DNA of 64,000 nucleotides from Acidobacteriota bacterium (GCA_023481105.1 JAMCWK010000110.1:27414-91413); one strand, 5' to 3'; counted from the first letter of the stretch, positions 28,556-38,882 are shown. Made by a program: numbers and translations. The notes: generated from the letters alone by a model not told the origin.

Positions 28556-29014
28556 GTGAAAATCAGCGCCAAAGGCGAATATGCGGCCAAAGCGGTTCTC
28601 TATCTGAGCCTGCGCTATCCCAACGTGGTCACCATTCAGGAAGTGGCCGCGCAGCACCGCATCCCCACCAAATACCTGGAACACATCCTGCTCAGCTTGA
28701 AACAGGCCGGCGTACTGGAGAGCAGGCGGGGCGTAAAAGGCGGATACCGGCTGGCCAAATCGCCTGCGCACGTGACCATGGGCGAGGTGCTGAGCGTGGT
28801 GGACGGGAAATTCTCGCAATCGAGTTGCAGCGAAGTCCGCCCGAAGGGCGGCTACGCCTGCCCGGAGAGTGACTCCTGCGGGCTCAAGCAGGTCTGGCAG
28901 GACGTGCAGAACGCGGTGGACAAAATATTGTTCGAGACGACGTTCGACGACTTGCGCAAGCGAACGCTCGGGGGCCTCGCGCGCAGCCCGCAATCCGCGG
29001 CGAACGAATTGTAG
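28556..29014 (+). CDS. Rrf2-family transcriptional regulator (three-Cys, possibly Fe-S)
   Basis: GTG start. Contains KISAKGEYAAKAVLYLS...IPTKYLEHILLSLKQAGVLESRRGVKGGYRLA, and a Cys cluster C-x10-C-x5-C. Confidence 0.85.
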   Translation: MKISAKGEYAAKAVLYLSLRYPNVVTIQEVAAQHRIPTKYLEHILLSLKQAGVLESRRGVKGGYRLAKSPAHVTMGEVLSVVDGKFSQSSCSEVRPKGGYACPESDSCGLKQVWQDVQNAVDKILFETTFDDLRKRTLGGLARSPQSAANEL

Positions 29015-29123
29015 AAGCGAGTGGGGAAAGCGTCGCGGGTGCGCAAACAGCGGGGAAAAGAGAATGCGGCGAGCTGTGAAAAGCCCGCCGCGTGAAAGCC
29101 TCCAGACCGGGGAAACTCTGCGG

Positions 29124-29390
29124 CTACGCCTTTTTGGTGTACCAGTCGGCGTTAATGGGAGTAAAGTTCGCCCACTTTTCCGGCAAGTCTTCCAGGGCAA
29201 AAATTGCGGTCACCGGGCAAACCGGGACGCACGCGCCACAGTCAATGCACTCCACAGGATTAATGTAGAGCTGAGTCTCCGACTCGAAAGCGGGTTCGTC
29301 CTTGCGCGGGTGAATGCAGTCCACCGGACAAACGTCCACGCAGGCAGTGTCCTTGGTTCCAACGCAAGGCTCAGCGATTACGTATGCCAT
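29124..29390 (-). CDS. Ferredoxin (7Fe/2x[4Fe-4S]-type)
   Basis: 88 aa: MAYVIAEPCVGTKDTACVDVCPVDCIH...CIDCGACVPVCPV. Confidence 0.85.
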   Translation of the reverse strand: MAYVIAEPCVGTKDTACVDVCPVDCIHPRKDEPAFESETQLYINPVECIDCGACVPVCPVTAIFALEDLPEKWANFTPINADWYTKKA

Positions 29391-29546
29391 TCCAGTTTCT
29401 CCTTGAGCAAGATGTTGCCGAGCAGTAGCAAAAAAATGGTTGCGAATAAGACCGCGGCGCAGGCCAGAATGGGTTGCTGTCCATTCCTTCATTTTTATAC
29501 CATCAAATTCGCAAGGGGACAAGCAAGGCCCATCGCGCGGGCGCGG

Positions 29547-29575
29547 TTGTCTCCGCCCTCGGCAGGGGCTAGAAT
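29547..29575 (+). promoter_or_regulatory. Candidate promoter for the thioredoxin-fold gene pair
   Basis: -35 TTGTCT (29547-29552), a 17-nt spacer, then -10 TAGAAT (29570-29575). It lies about 115 nt upstream of ATG 29692. Confidence 0.35.
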
Positions 29576-29691
29576 GGGGGCCGCAAACAGGGTAACAATT
29601 CGGCCTCGTCGTGCGTCTATAAGGCGGAAGAATTCCTGTTTCCCAAGGCCCTCCGTACCATTGCTGCATCGAGGAAAGTGAGGAAGCACAA

Positions 29692-30291
29692 ATGACGAGC
29701 GTGAAACGAATGCTGGGCGTGGCCCTGGTGACGGCGTGCGTGGCTCTAGCCATGGCGCAGCAGCCTCCTGCTCCCCAGATCAACATCGGGGGCAAAGTGC
29801 CCAACTTGAAGCTGGCCACCATTTCGGGAGCGGCGGCGCAACTGCACAGCCTGAACGGACAGAACGGCACGCTGCTGCTCTTCATGGCCACGAAATGCCC
29901 GGTCTCCAATGACTACAACGAGCGCATGGCCGCGCTGGCCAGGGATTACACCAGCCGCGGGTTCGCCGTCATCGGCATCAACTCCAACAAGACCGAGCCG
30001 GCGGACGAAGTGAGCAAGCATGCCACCGAACGCGGCCTCGCGTTCACCATTCTGAAGGACCCGGACAATGTCGTGGCGGACTACTTCGGGGCGTCGTTTA
30101 CGCCGGAGGCTTATTTGTTTGACCGCGACTGGACGCTGCGCTATCACGGCCGAATTGACGACAGCCGCAACGCCGCCAACATCACGTCGCAAGACTTGCG
30201 GGTGGCGATGGACGCGCTGCAAGCTGGCAAAGCTGTGCCGGTGGTGGAGACGAAAGCGTTCGGCTGCACGATCAAGCGCGTGGCCAAGTGA
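29692..30291 (+). CDS. Secreted thioredoxin-fold (redoxin/AhpC-TSA-like) protein with single active-site Cys
   Basis: Has a signal peptide. Contains LLLFMATKCPVSNDYNERM and C-terminal FGCTIK. Confidence 0.65.
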   Translation: MTSVKRMLGVALVTACVALAMAQQPPAPQINIGGKVPNLKLATISGAAAQLHSLNGQNGTLLLFMATKCPVSNDYNERMAALARDYTSRGFAVIGINSNKTEPADEVSKHATERGLAFTILKDPDNVVADYFGASFTPEAYLFDRDWTLRYHGRIDDSRNAANITSQDLRVAMDALQAGKAVPVVETKAFGCTIKRVAK

Positions 30292-30890
30292 CCGTGAGCA
30301 GGTATCCCTTTACGGCAATCATGCGAAGCGCCCGTCCGGCAGGCCTGCTGATTCTCAACATGCTCATGATGTTCAGCGGCGACGGGCGCGCGCAGAGCAA
30401 GACGCCGCAAGCCAAGCCCTCCATCGAGGACCCGGTGGTGATCGAGCTCCGCGATTATCAGAAGCTTCTGGAAAAACACCGCGGAAAGCCCGTGCTGGTG
30501 AATTTCTGGGCCACTTGGTGCGAGCCATGCCGCGACGAATATCCCATGGTGAACGAATTGGCGCGCACCTACGCGCCGCAGGGGCTCGCGGTGATGGCGG
30601 TCAGCCTGGATGAAGACACGGACATCAACTTGGTGCGACGCTTCGTGACGCGCATGAACCCTGTGTTTCCCAACTTCCGAAAAAAACACGGCAAGGATGA
30701 AGAGTTCATCAACGGCGTGCACCTGAAATGGAGCGGGGCGCTGCCGGCCACATTCTTCTACGACCGCGAAGGTCGCCTGGCCGTCTCTCTGGTGGGAGAA
30801 CACCAGCGGCCGGAGTTTGAAAAAATCATCCAGCAATTGATAAGCTCTTCCCCGCCCGCTGCGGGAGCCGCCCGCAAATCCGCGCCCTAA
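30288..30890 (+). CDS. TlpA/ResA-like thiol:disulfide oxidoreductase
   Basis: Contains VLVNFWATWCEPCRDEYP (WCxxC). Overlaps the upstream gene by 4 nt. Confidence 0.8.
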   Translation: MTVSRYPFTAIMRSARPAGLLILNMLMMFSGDGRAQSKTPQAKPSIEDPVVIELRDYQKLLEKHRGKPVLVNFWATWCEPCRDEYPMVNELARTYAPQGLAVMAVSLDEDTDINLVRRFVTRMNPVFPNFRKKHGKDEEFINGVHLKWSGALPATFFYDREGRLAVSLVGEHQRPEFEKIIQQLISSSPPAAGAARKSAP

Positions 30891-30908
30891 CTGGAAAGGG
30901 ACATTCCC

Positions 30909-31622
30909 ATGTTGCTGACCCGTGGAAACAAAATCACGTGGCTGGGGCATTCCACGTTTCGCATTACCATGCCCAGCGGAAAAGTGCTGCTGCTCGACCC
31001 GTGGCTGATGGGAAATCCTGCGTGTCCCGACGCGCTGAAATCGCCGGAGCGCGTGGACGCCATGCTCATTTCGCATGGACACGGCGACCACATGGGCGAT
31101 GCCGTGGCGCTGGGCAAGAAATTCAAGCCGCAGATCGCTTGCAACTATGAAATCTATCTGTGGCTGGCATCGAAAGGCGTGGAAAATATTTCACCGATGA
31201 ACAAGGGCGGGACGCAGAATCTGGGTGAAGTCGAAGTGACCATGGTGGACGCAAAGCATTCCAGCGGCATCGAGGACGACGGCAAAGTGATTTACGCAGG
31301 CGAGCCTGCAGGATTCATTGCGCGCTTGCCGGGCGGGTTGACGATGTATCACGCCGGCGACACGGCTGTCTTCGGAGATATGAAACTAATCGGAGAAATG
31401 TACGCGCCGGAGCTGGCGTGCCTGCCCATCGGCGACTTGTTCACGATGGGCCCGCGGGAAGCAGCGAAGGCGATTCGGCTGCTCAACGTGCGGCACGTCA
31501 TTCCTATGCACTTTGGCACGTTTCCCGTGCTGACCGGGACGCCATTGGCATTGCGCAACATCACGCAGGATATTCTGGGACTGGAAATTCATGCGTTGAA
31601 GCCGGGCGAAACGTTGGGCTGA
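30909..31622 (+). CDS. Metallo-beta-lactamase-fold hydrolase (UPF0173 type)
   Basis: Contains ITWLGHSTFRI and ISHGHGDHMGD. 237 aa. Confidence 0.8.
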   Translation: MLLTRGNKITWLGHSTFRITMPSGKVLLLDPWLMGNPACPDALKSPERVDAMLISHGHGDHMGDAVALGKKFKPQIACNYEIYLWLASKGVENISPMNKGGTQNLGEVEVTMVDAKHSSGIEDDGKVIYAGEPAGFIARLPGGLTMYHAGDTAVFGDMKLIGEMYAPELACLPIGDLFTMGPREAAKAIRLLNVRHVIPMHFGTFPVLTGTPLALRNITQDILGLEIHALKPGETLG

Positions 31623-31661
31623 CGCGAACACTCGGTGCCTGCAATAATTCCCCCCTACATT

Positions 31662-32576
31662 TCAGCGCGCACGGAAAAGATTGCGCACAAAAAAGAAAAC
31701 GTTTGCGGGGCGCTCGGCGAGGCGGCGCATGAAATACGGAAACCATTCCGTGCCGTAGGGGATGTACACGCGCATGCGGTAGCCGTCGCGGACGAGTTGC
31801 TGCTGCAAATCGGTGCGGATGCCGTACAACATCTGGAACTCAAACTGCTCCTTCCCGATTCCTTGCTTCGCGGCAAAATCCGTCGTGGCGTCAATCATGC
31901 GCGGGTCGTGCGTGGCGATGCCGTGATAAATCCCGCTGGGCAGCAGAAGTTGCATCAGGCGGACGTAATTCTTGTCCACGTCCTCTTTTCTGGGAAAGGC
32001 GATGGACGCAGGTTCGCGGTAGGCGCCCTTGCAGAGGCGGATGCGGCAACCAATGGCCAGAAGATCCTTGATGTCCTGCTCGCTGCGGTAAAGATAGGAC
32101 TGAATGACCGTGCCGATGCGGTCGTACTTCGCGCGGGCGCGCTTGACGATGGCAATTGTCCGCGCGGTGTAGGGCGAGCCTTCCATGTCAATGCGCAGGA
32201 AGTTGCCGTTGCCCGCAGCGCGCTCCACGACGGATTCCAACAACGAAAAGCAGAAATCATCGCCGAGGTCGAGACCGAGCTGCGTGAGCTTGAGCGAAAC
32301 GTTGGCGTCGAGTTTTTCCGTCGCGATGCGGTCGAAGTTTTCCAGGTAGGCATCGCGCGCGCGACGCGCTTCGTCTTCGGTGGAGACGTTTTCACCAAGG
32401 TGATCGAGGCTGGCGCTCATGCTCGCCTGGTTGCTTGCACGGGCCGCCGCCACGGCTTCGTCGAGCTTTTCACCAGCGACGAAGCGGCGGGACATGCGGC
32501 GGGAAATCGGATTGCTCGTCACCAGCTTGGCCAAGGTTTTGCTTTGCGAGAGGTAAATCAGGAGCGCGCGCATCAT
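31662..32576 (-). CDS. Proline dehydrogenase family protein
   Basis: 304 aa. Contains RFVAGE, LDHLGE, IRLCKGAY and ATHD blocks of monofunctional PRODH. Confidence 0.8.
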   Translation of the reverse strand: MMRALLIYLSQSKTLAKLVTSNPISRRMSRRFVAGEKLDEAVAAARASNQASMSASLDHLGENVSTEDEARRARDAYLENFDRIATEKLDANVSLKLTQLGLDLGDDFCFSLLESVVERAAGNGNFLRIDMEGSPYTARTIAIVKRARAKYDRIGTVIQSYLYRSEQDIKDLLAIGCRIRLCKGAYREPASIAFPRKEDVDKNYVRLMQLLLPSGIYHGIATHDPRMIDATTDFAAKQGIGKEQFEFQMLYGIRTDLQQQLVRDGYRMRVYIPYGTEWFPYFMRRLAERPANVFFFVRNLFRAR

Positions 32577-32682
32577 GAGGAAAGACTCCGGCTTGCGCAG
32601 AGCGGCTCGTCGCGAAGCGAGGCGCGCGAGCGGGCGGGGGCAAGTGCAGGCGGACAGGAATCAGCAGGCATGAAGTATCGCG

Positions 32683-33609
32683 TCAGTGTCCCTGGGATTC
32701 GAGCCAGCGCTCGGCGTCAATGGCGGCCATGCAGCCGGAGCCGGCGGCGGTGACGGCCTGGCGATAGCGGTGGTCCTGCACATCGCCACAAACGAAAACT
32801 CCCTCGACGTTGGTGAGCGTGCCGTTGCGCGCGCCGAGATAGCCGGCGGCGTCCATCTCCAGTTTGCCCTCAAAAACTTTTGTGTTCGGCGTGTGGCCGA
32901 TGGCGATGAAGGCGCCTTCCGCGGGAATCGTTTTGATTTCGCCATTGCCGGCGTGGCGCACGCGCACTCCTTCCACGACGCCCTTCTCCACATCGAGAAC
33001 TTCTTCCACGATATACGGCGTGAGGAACTGGATTTTTTCGTTTTTGTGCGCGCGGTCCAACATGATTTTCGAGGCGCGGAATTCGTTGCGGCGGTGAATC
33101 AGCGTGACCTTGCTGGCGAATTTCGTAAGGAAAGTGGCTTCCTCCATCGCCGAATCGCCGCCACCAATCACGACAATTTCCTTGCCGCGGAAAAAGTAGC
33201 CGTCGCAGGTGGCGCAGGTGGACACGCCGTGGCCCATCAGCTTTCTTTCGGATTCCAGGCCGAGCAAGCGGGCAGAGGCGCCGGCGGCCACGATGAGCGC
33301 TTTGCACTCGTACACTTCTTTGCCAGCCGTCACGACGAACGGACGGCGGTCGAGGGCCACCGCGGTGACCGCGCCGGCCTTGAATTCCGCGCCGAAGCGC
33401 TGCGCCTGCTTGCGCATGTTTTCGATGAGCTGCGGGCCGAGAATGCCGTTGGGAAAACCGGGATAGTTTTCCACTTCCGTGGTCAGCGTGAGCTGGCCGC
33501 CGGGCTCGTAGCCATCAATGACGATGGGCTTGAGGTTGGCGCGCGCCGTATAAATGGCGGCGGTGAGGCCCGCGCATCCGCTGCCGATAATGAGGACATT
33601 ATGAACCAT
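32683..33609 (-). CDS. trxB: Thioredoxin-disulfide reductase
   Basis: Contains IIGSGCAGLTAAIY, the redox-active CATCDG motif, and GGGDSAMEEA. Confidence 0.9.
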   Translation of the reverse strand: MVHNVLIIGSGCAGLTAAIYTARANLKPIVIDGYEPGGQLTLTTEVENYPGFPNGILGPQLIENMRKQAQRFGAEFKAGAVTAVALDRRPFVVTAGKEVYECKALIVAAGASARLLGLESERKLMGHGVSTCATCDGYFFRGKEIVVIGGGDSAMEEATFLTKFASKVTLIHRRNEFRASKIMLDRAHKNEKIQFLTPYIVEEVLDVEKGVVEGVRVRHAGNGEIKTIPAEGAFIAIGHTPNTKVFEGKLEMDAAGYLGARNGTLTNVEGVFVCGDVQDHRYRQAVTAAGSGCMAAIDAERWLESQGH

Positions 33610-33745
33610 ACTCGCTCCCGGGGATTAGACGCAGCAGCCAGACAAAACGGCGCATGCAGAAAAGCGAATCATTGTAGCATCGGCGCGGTTTGCTTCGCCA
33701 ATTTCCCTAGTCCATAATGCTCACGCGTCTGAATTCGGAGGCGTT

Positions 33746-34465
33746 ATGCGCAAACAAATCCTATTCGTCCTACTGGCTGTTTGTTGGGCCGCGTCTCCGC
33801 TCGCCGGACAAATCGGCGACCTGAGCAAGCGATTGGGGGTCGAGAAGAAAGAGCCGCTCAGCGAAAGCAAGATCGGGGCGGGCTTGAAAGAAGCGCTGCA
33901 AATTGGAACCGGCAATGCCGTGAAGCTGACAGGTCGGACGGACGGCTACTTCAAGAACGAAGCAATCAAAATCCTGATGCCGGAAAAAATGCGCACGCTG
34001 GAGAAGGGGCTGCGCGCGGTGGGATATGGAAAGCAGGTGGATGATTTCGTTCTCAGCATGAATCGCGCCGCGGAACGCGCGGCACCCGCCGCAAAAAGCA
34101 TCTTCTGGGACGCCATCAAACAAATGACGTTTGAGGATGCGCGGAAAATTCTGAGCGGGGGCGATACGGCCGCCACGGAATATTTCCAGCGAACGACCAG
34201 CGAAAAACTGGCCGCGGCATTCCGGCCCATCGTGGAAAAAGCCACGTCGGAGGTCGGCGTCACGCAGAAGTACAAGGAATTGGTGGGCCGGTACCAGAGT
34301 ATTCCGTTTGCGAAGAAGGAGACGCTCGACGTGGATCAGTACGTGGTGAGCAAGGCGCTCACCGGGTTGTTCTACATGGTCGGAGAGGAAGAAAAGAAAA
34401 TACGCAAGCAGCCGGCGGCGCGAGCAACACAATTGCTGAAAGACGTGTTTGGTTTGCGGAAATAG
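33746..34465 (+). CDS. DUF4197-domain secreted protein
   Basis: Has a signal peptide. Contains [26 protein letters not shown]...IKILMPEK, typical of DUF4197. Confidence 0.6.
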   Translation: MRKQILFVLLAVCWAASPLAGQIGDLSKRLGVEKKEPLSESKIGAGLKEALQIGTGNAVKLTGRTDGYFKNEAIKILMPEKMRTLEKGLRAVGYGKQVDDFVLSMNRAAERAAPAAKSIFWDAIKQMTFEDARKILSGGDTAATEYFQRTTSEKLAAAFRPIVEKATSEVGVTQKYKELVGRYQSIPFAKKETLDVDQYVVSKALTGLFYMVGEEEKKIRKQPAARATQLLKDVFGLRK

Positions 34466-34559
34466 GCCGCCGTCAGAAAATGTGCTGCCGGGCCGGTTGC
34501 AGGCAGCTTGTGTTGGTCATTCAATTCTAAAAAGGCAGAAAATTAACGAGAGGAGAAAC

Positions 34560-35087
<528 letters not shown>

Positions 35088-35091
35088 CGCG

Positions 35092-35451
35092 ATGCTGCGT
35101 CCGGCAATCCTCATCCGGCTGAGTCAAGAACTGGTGTTTGTGCTGCTCGGATTGCTGCTGATCCGCGTGGCGGCGCTGGGCCAGTTTTTGTGGGACCCCA
35201 AGTCGCAAATTTGGATTGCGCTGGGCGCGCTGCTGTTTGTCCTCGGAGTGCGCGCGTGGCTGCGCGCCGGAAAATACGTAACGCGCTGGGAACATCGCGT
35301 GCGCGGAGCGTCGCTCGTGCTGCTGGGCGCGTGCATGCTGACGATTACGCTCGCGCCGTATGGCTGGATTGCGGCGCTGCTGGGCACAGCGGGTGGAGTG
35401 CTGGTGCTGCGCGGAGTGGTGATGGCGTGGCTGGTGCCGCGGACAAAATAA
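35092..35451 (+). CDS. Hypothetical small membrane protein (3-4 TM)
   Basis: 119-aa hydrophobic ORF, 4 nt after the PPIase stop. No family recognised. Confidence 0.4.
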   Translation: MLRPAILIRLSQELVFVLLGLLLIRVAALGQFLWDPKSQIWIALGALLFVLGVRAWLRAGKYVTRWEHRVRGASLVLLGACMLTITLAPYGWIAALLGTAGGVLVLRGVVMAWLVPRTK

Positions 35452-35467
35452 TCTTCGCGGGAGCGGC

Positions 35468-35944
35468 ATGGACCCGACTCAAAAGAAGAAAGCGCTGCGC
35501 ATGGTGAGCTACGGGCTGTACGTGGCCACCGCGCATGCCCACGATAAATACGCAGCGGGCACGGTGACGTGGCTCTCACAATGCTCGTTCGAGCCGCCGC
35601 TGGTGATGGCCGGCATTCGCCGGGACAGCGAACTGCACAAAATCATCAAAGCTTCCCACGCGTTTGCGGTGCACATCGTGGGAAAAAGCCAGAAGAAACT
35701 TGCGACCACGTTTTTCAAGGCTGCGAAAGTTGAAGGCGACACGTTGAGCGGATACCGTTTCGAGGCGGGCAAAACGGGCTCGCCGATTCTGGTGGACGCA
35801 GTGGCGTGGTTCGAGTGCCGCGTGGTGGATGAAGTGAGGCGCGGAGACCATACCGTGTTTGTCGCGGAGGTCATCGCCGCGGGCGTGTGCCGCGAGGAAG
35901 AACCGCTGACCGTGCGCGCGGCTGGGTTCGCGTACGGCGGGTAG
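35468..35944 (+). CDS. Flavin reductase family protein (FMN-binding split barrel)
   Basis: Contains GLYVATAH...SFEPPLVMAGI and DHTVFVAEV blocks. Confidence 0.8.
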   Translation: MDPTQKKKALRMVSYGLYVATAHAHDKYAAGTVTWLSQCSFEPPLVMAGIRRDSELHKIIKASHAFAVHIVGKSQKKLATTFFKAAKVEGDTLSGYRFEAGKTGSPILVDAVAWFECRVVDEVRRGDHTVFVAEVIAAGVCREEEPLTVRAAGFAYGG

Positions 35945-36056
35945 TGCCTCGCTTTTGAATCAGCTTCCATCCCTGAAAGCCGAAAGGTCTGAACGAAGAA
36001 AGCGGCGTCAAGCCGCCGCACTCCACATGTGAACAAGAGCCGGCGGGACGCCGACG

Positions 36057-36455
36057 CTACGCCGAGCGGAATTCGCGGGAGCAGGCGTCGCAGGGGCAGA
36101 TTTCGCGCAGATAATCGAAGCTGTAGATGCCGGTGGTGTGGCCGTCGGTGAAATCAAAACGAATCGCATAATTGCCGACGGGGTGAGCAGCCGCGGCTTT
36201 GGGCTTGGGCTTGAACATGGGCAGTTCGGCGCCCATGCCGGGGAGCGGCGACGCGGCGGGGCCAGCGGCGAACGGCGCGGCGGCCTTTTTTTTGCGCTCG
36301 TCCTCGCAGGCGGCACAGGGACATTTCTCACGCAGGTAAACAAAATCGTAGTGGCTGGCGTGGCCGTCGCACCAGGTGATGTCCACGCCCGCGCCGGTGG
36401 AGACGTGAATCTTCACCGAGGCGGGTTTTTTGCGCGTATCGAGCGGAATCGGCAT
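36057..36455 (-). CDS. DUF971-domain protein with two CPC-x2-C motifs
   Basis: Contains ITWCDGHASHYDFVYLREKCPCAAC and FTDGHTTGIYSFDYLREICPCDAC, separated by an Ala/Pro/Lys-rich linker. Confidence 0.7.
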   Translation of the reverse strand: MPIPLDTRKKPASVKIHVSTGAGVDITWCDGHASHYDFVYLREKCPCAACEDERKKKAAAPFAAGPAASPLPGMGAELPMFKPKPKAAAAHPVGNYAIRFDFTDGHTTGIYSFDYLREICPCDACSREFRSA

Positions 36456-36607
36456 GAACGAATCATCTTAGCAGATTTGCCGCAAGGAATCGGATGGTGC
36501 GCGGCGAGCCGCATAGCGTGCGCGCAGGAGCAGGCCGCTGCTCCTCCTTCGCGTGCTCGGAGCAAATATCAGTGTGGACCTCAAGCTTCGCCTGCGATGG
36601 AACATCG

Positions 36608-38503
36608 TCAACTGAAAATGCGATAGGCGATGAAGGCGCTGAGGTAGGCCACGACAGTCATGTAACCAAATTGGATGGCGGGCCATTTCCAGCCGCCGGT
36701 TTCGCGGCGAACGACGGCGAGCGTGGACATGCACTGCATGGCAAAGGCAAAGAAGATCAGCAGCGCGACCGCGCCGCCGGTGGTCAGGTCCTTCTGAATC
36801 GCGCCCTGCAGGTCGCGGCTTTCGGGGTCGGAGTCCATGCCGTAGATGGTGCCCAGAGTGCCGACGATGACTTCGCGCGCGGCCAGCGAGGTGATCAGGC
36901 CGATGCCGATTCTCCAGTTGAAGCCGAGGGGCCGGATGACCGGCTCGACGACGCGCCCGATGGTGCCGGCAAGACTCTGCTCGATCGGAGGAGCTTTGCC
37001 GTCCTGCAGCGGAATGTGCGCGAGCAGCCAGATAACAATGGCCACGCCGAGAATCACGGTGCCTGCGCGGCGCAGGAAAACCTTCGCGCGGTCAAATAGC
37101 CGCAGGCCGAGCGAGCGAAGTGTGGGCCAGCGGTACGGCGGCATCTCCAGCACGAACGGGGCGCGGCCGCTGCGCAGAATAGTGGACTTCAGCAGACGCG
37201 CGGTTCCGATGGCGGCAAGGAATCCGAGTACGTAAAGCCCCAGCAGCGTGGCGGCGCGCGCGCCGAGAAACGCGCCCAGCACCGGACGATCCGGAATAAA
37301 GGCGGCGATGAGCAGCGTGTAAACCGGGAGGCGCGCGGAACAGGTGATGAACGGCGCGATCAAAATGGTGGCAATGCGATCGCGCTTGTTCTCGATGGTG
37401 CGCGTAGCCATGATGGCGGGAACCGCGCAGGCGTAGGCGGAAAGCAGGGGAATGAACGACTTTCCTTGCAAGCCAACCTTGGCCATGGTGCGGTCCGCAA
37501 TGAGCGCGGCGCGCGCCAAGTAACCGGAATCCTCCAGTATGCCGATTAACAGAAACAACAGCAGGATCTGTGGCAGGAAGACGATCACCGAGCCGACGCC
37601 GCCCCAAACACCTTCCGTCAACAGGGAACGCAGCGGTGAATCCGGGAGCAGGCCGGCCACGGCGAGGCCCGAACGTTCGACGAGAAACTGCAAGCCTTCC
37701 ATCAGCGGCACCGCAGCCTTGAAAATCGTCTGGAACACGGCAAGCACGACGAGCAAGAAAATGCCAGGGCCAGCAACGGGGTGCAAAAAAACGGAGTCGA
37801 GGCGGCGCGTCCAGAGAGGCGGCGCGGGAGCATGATAGCGGGCGTCGCCACCGACGCGCGAGGCCCACTCGCGACAGCGCGGAATGTCGTTGAGCACGGG
37901 CAATTCAACATTGGCTTTGCGCGCGGGCAGGCCGGAAGCGAGAAAGCGGCGTACGTCGTCCAGCCCTTCACCGCGCACCGCACTGGCGAGCACAACCGAG
38001 GCACCCAACTGGCGCGACAGCGCGGCGAGGTCAACGTGACCGTGGCGCTGGCGCAGGTCGTCGGCCATGTTGAGAATCACGAGGGTGGGCAGTCCCATAG
38101 AGAGCACGGGCGCGGCCAGCAGGAGATGGCGTTCGAGATTGGTGGAATCGAGAATAAGCAGGACCGCGTCCGGGCGGCCCACTTCGGGGCGGCGGCCGTT
38201 GAGCACGTCGTGCGCGACCTTTTCATCCTCGGAACGGCTGGACAGGCCGTACACTCCGGGCAAATCCACCAGCGCGATTTCGCGGCCGTCTTCCAGGCGG
38301 GCCTTCCCCAAACGATGCTCGACTGTGACGCCCGGAAAGTTGGCGACTTTTTGCCGCATGCCGGTGAGCTGGTTGAACAGAGTGGATTTGCCAGAATTGG
38401 GAGGGCCGACAATAGCCACCAGCCGAAATGCGCCGGCCACGGACTCCGTTGGAGGGGAGAGAGTGGCGGTGTTTGCCGAACCGCACCCAGCACAATCGCT
38501 CAT
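36608..38503 (-). CDS. feoB: Ferrous iron transporter FeoB
   Basis: G-domain (IVGPPNSGKSTLFNQLTG, DLPGVY) followed by a polytopic membrane domain. 631 aa. Confidence 0.9.
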   Translation of the reverse strand: MSDCAGCGSANTATLSPPTESVAGAFRLVAIVGPPNSGKSTLFNQLTGMRQKVANFPGVTVEHRLGKARLEDGREIALVDLPGVYGLSSRSEDEKVAHDVLNGRRPEVGRPDAVLLILDSTNLERHLLLAAPVLSMGLPTLVILNMADDLRQRHGHVDLAALSRQLGASVVLASAVRGEGLDDVRRFLASGLPARKANVELPVLNDIPRCREWASRVGGDARYHAPAPPLWTRRLDSVFLHPVAGPGIFLLVVLAVFQTIFKAAVPLMEGLQFLVERSGLAVAGLLPDSPLRSLLTEGVWGGVGSVIVFLPQILLLFLLIGILEDSGYLARAALIADRTMAKVGLQGKSFIPLLSAYACAVPAIMATRTIENKRDRIATILIAPFITCSARLPVYTLLIAAFIPDRPVLGAFLGARAATLLGLYVLGFLAAIGTARLLKSTILRSGRAPFVLEMPPYRWPTLRSLGLRLFDRAKVFLRRAGTVILGVAIVIWLLAHIPLQDGKAPPIEQSLAGTIGRVVEPVIRPLGFNWRIGIGLITSLAAREVIVGTLGTIYGMDSDPESRDLQGAIQKDLTTGGAVALLIFFAFAMQCMSTLAVVRRETGGWKWPAIQFGYMTVVAYLSAFIAYRIFS

Positions 38504-38506
38504 CGA

Positions 38507-38797
38507 TCAGTCCTGACCGTTCGAGCCGGAACGGAGCCGGAGGCGTGAGGCGGTCTCGCGGCGAAGGGCGATCTCCGAGCCGTCCACGCGGTAAACGCGC
38601 GGATCGCCGCCGGGAGCGCAGCGGCCGACGACAATGAGCGTGCCGGGGATGAAGCCGAGCTCCATCATGCGCTGGTTGTCCTCATCGGCCAGCTCGAGGC
38701 GCTCAAGCACGGCGTGTTCGCCTTCATGAAGTTCCGAGAGCACTGCAGGCGTGCGATGCGCGTGGCGCTTGGTGTGGCGTTTCTGACGGAGAGCCAT
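38507..38797 (-). CDS. feoA: FeoA-family protein
   Basis: SH3-like FeoA block (LMELGFIPGTLIVVGRCAPGGDPRVYRVDGSEIALRRE). Start at ATG 38797. Its stop is 3 nt before the feoB start. Confidence 0.8.
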   Translation of the reverse strand: MALRQKRHTKRHAHRTPAVLSELHEGEHAVLERLELADEDNQRMMELGFIPGTLIVVGRCAPGGDPRVYRVDGSEIALRRETASRLRLRSGSNGQD

Positions 38798-38863
38798 AGG
38801 AGTCCAACGTCCTTCACTGACGGGCCCTGGCAAGAAGCAATGCACTCTGCGGCGGCGGACGCA

Positions 38864-38882
38864 GTTGAAACTAAGTTGCAAC
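38864..38882. promoter_or_regulatory. 19-bp inverted repeat GTTGAAAC-TAA-GTTGCAAC just downstream of the feoAB -10 (candidate metalloregulator operator)
   Basis: Read directly from the sequence. The half-sites match 7/8 as an inverted repeat. It contains CTAAGTTGCA, which also occurs at 6154-6163 in the fur promoter. Confidence 0.4.
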
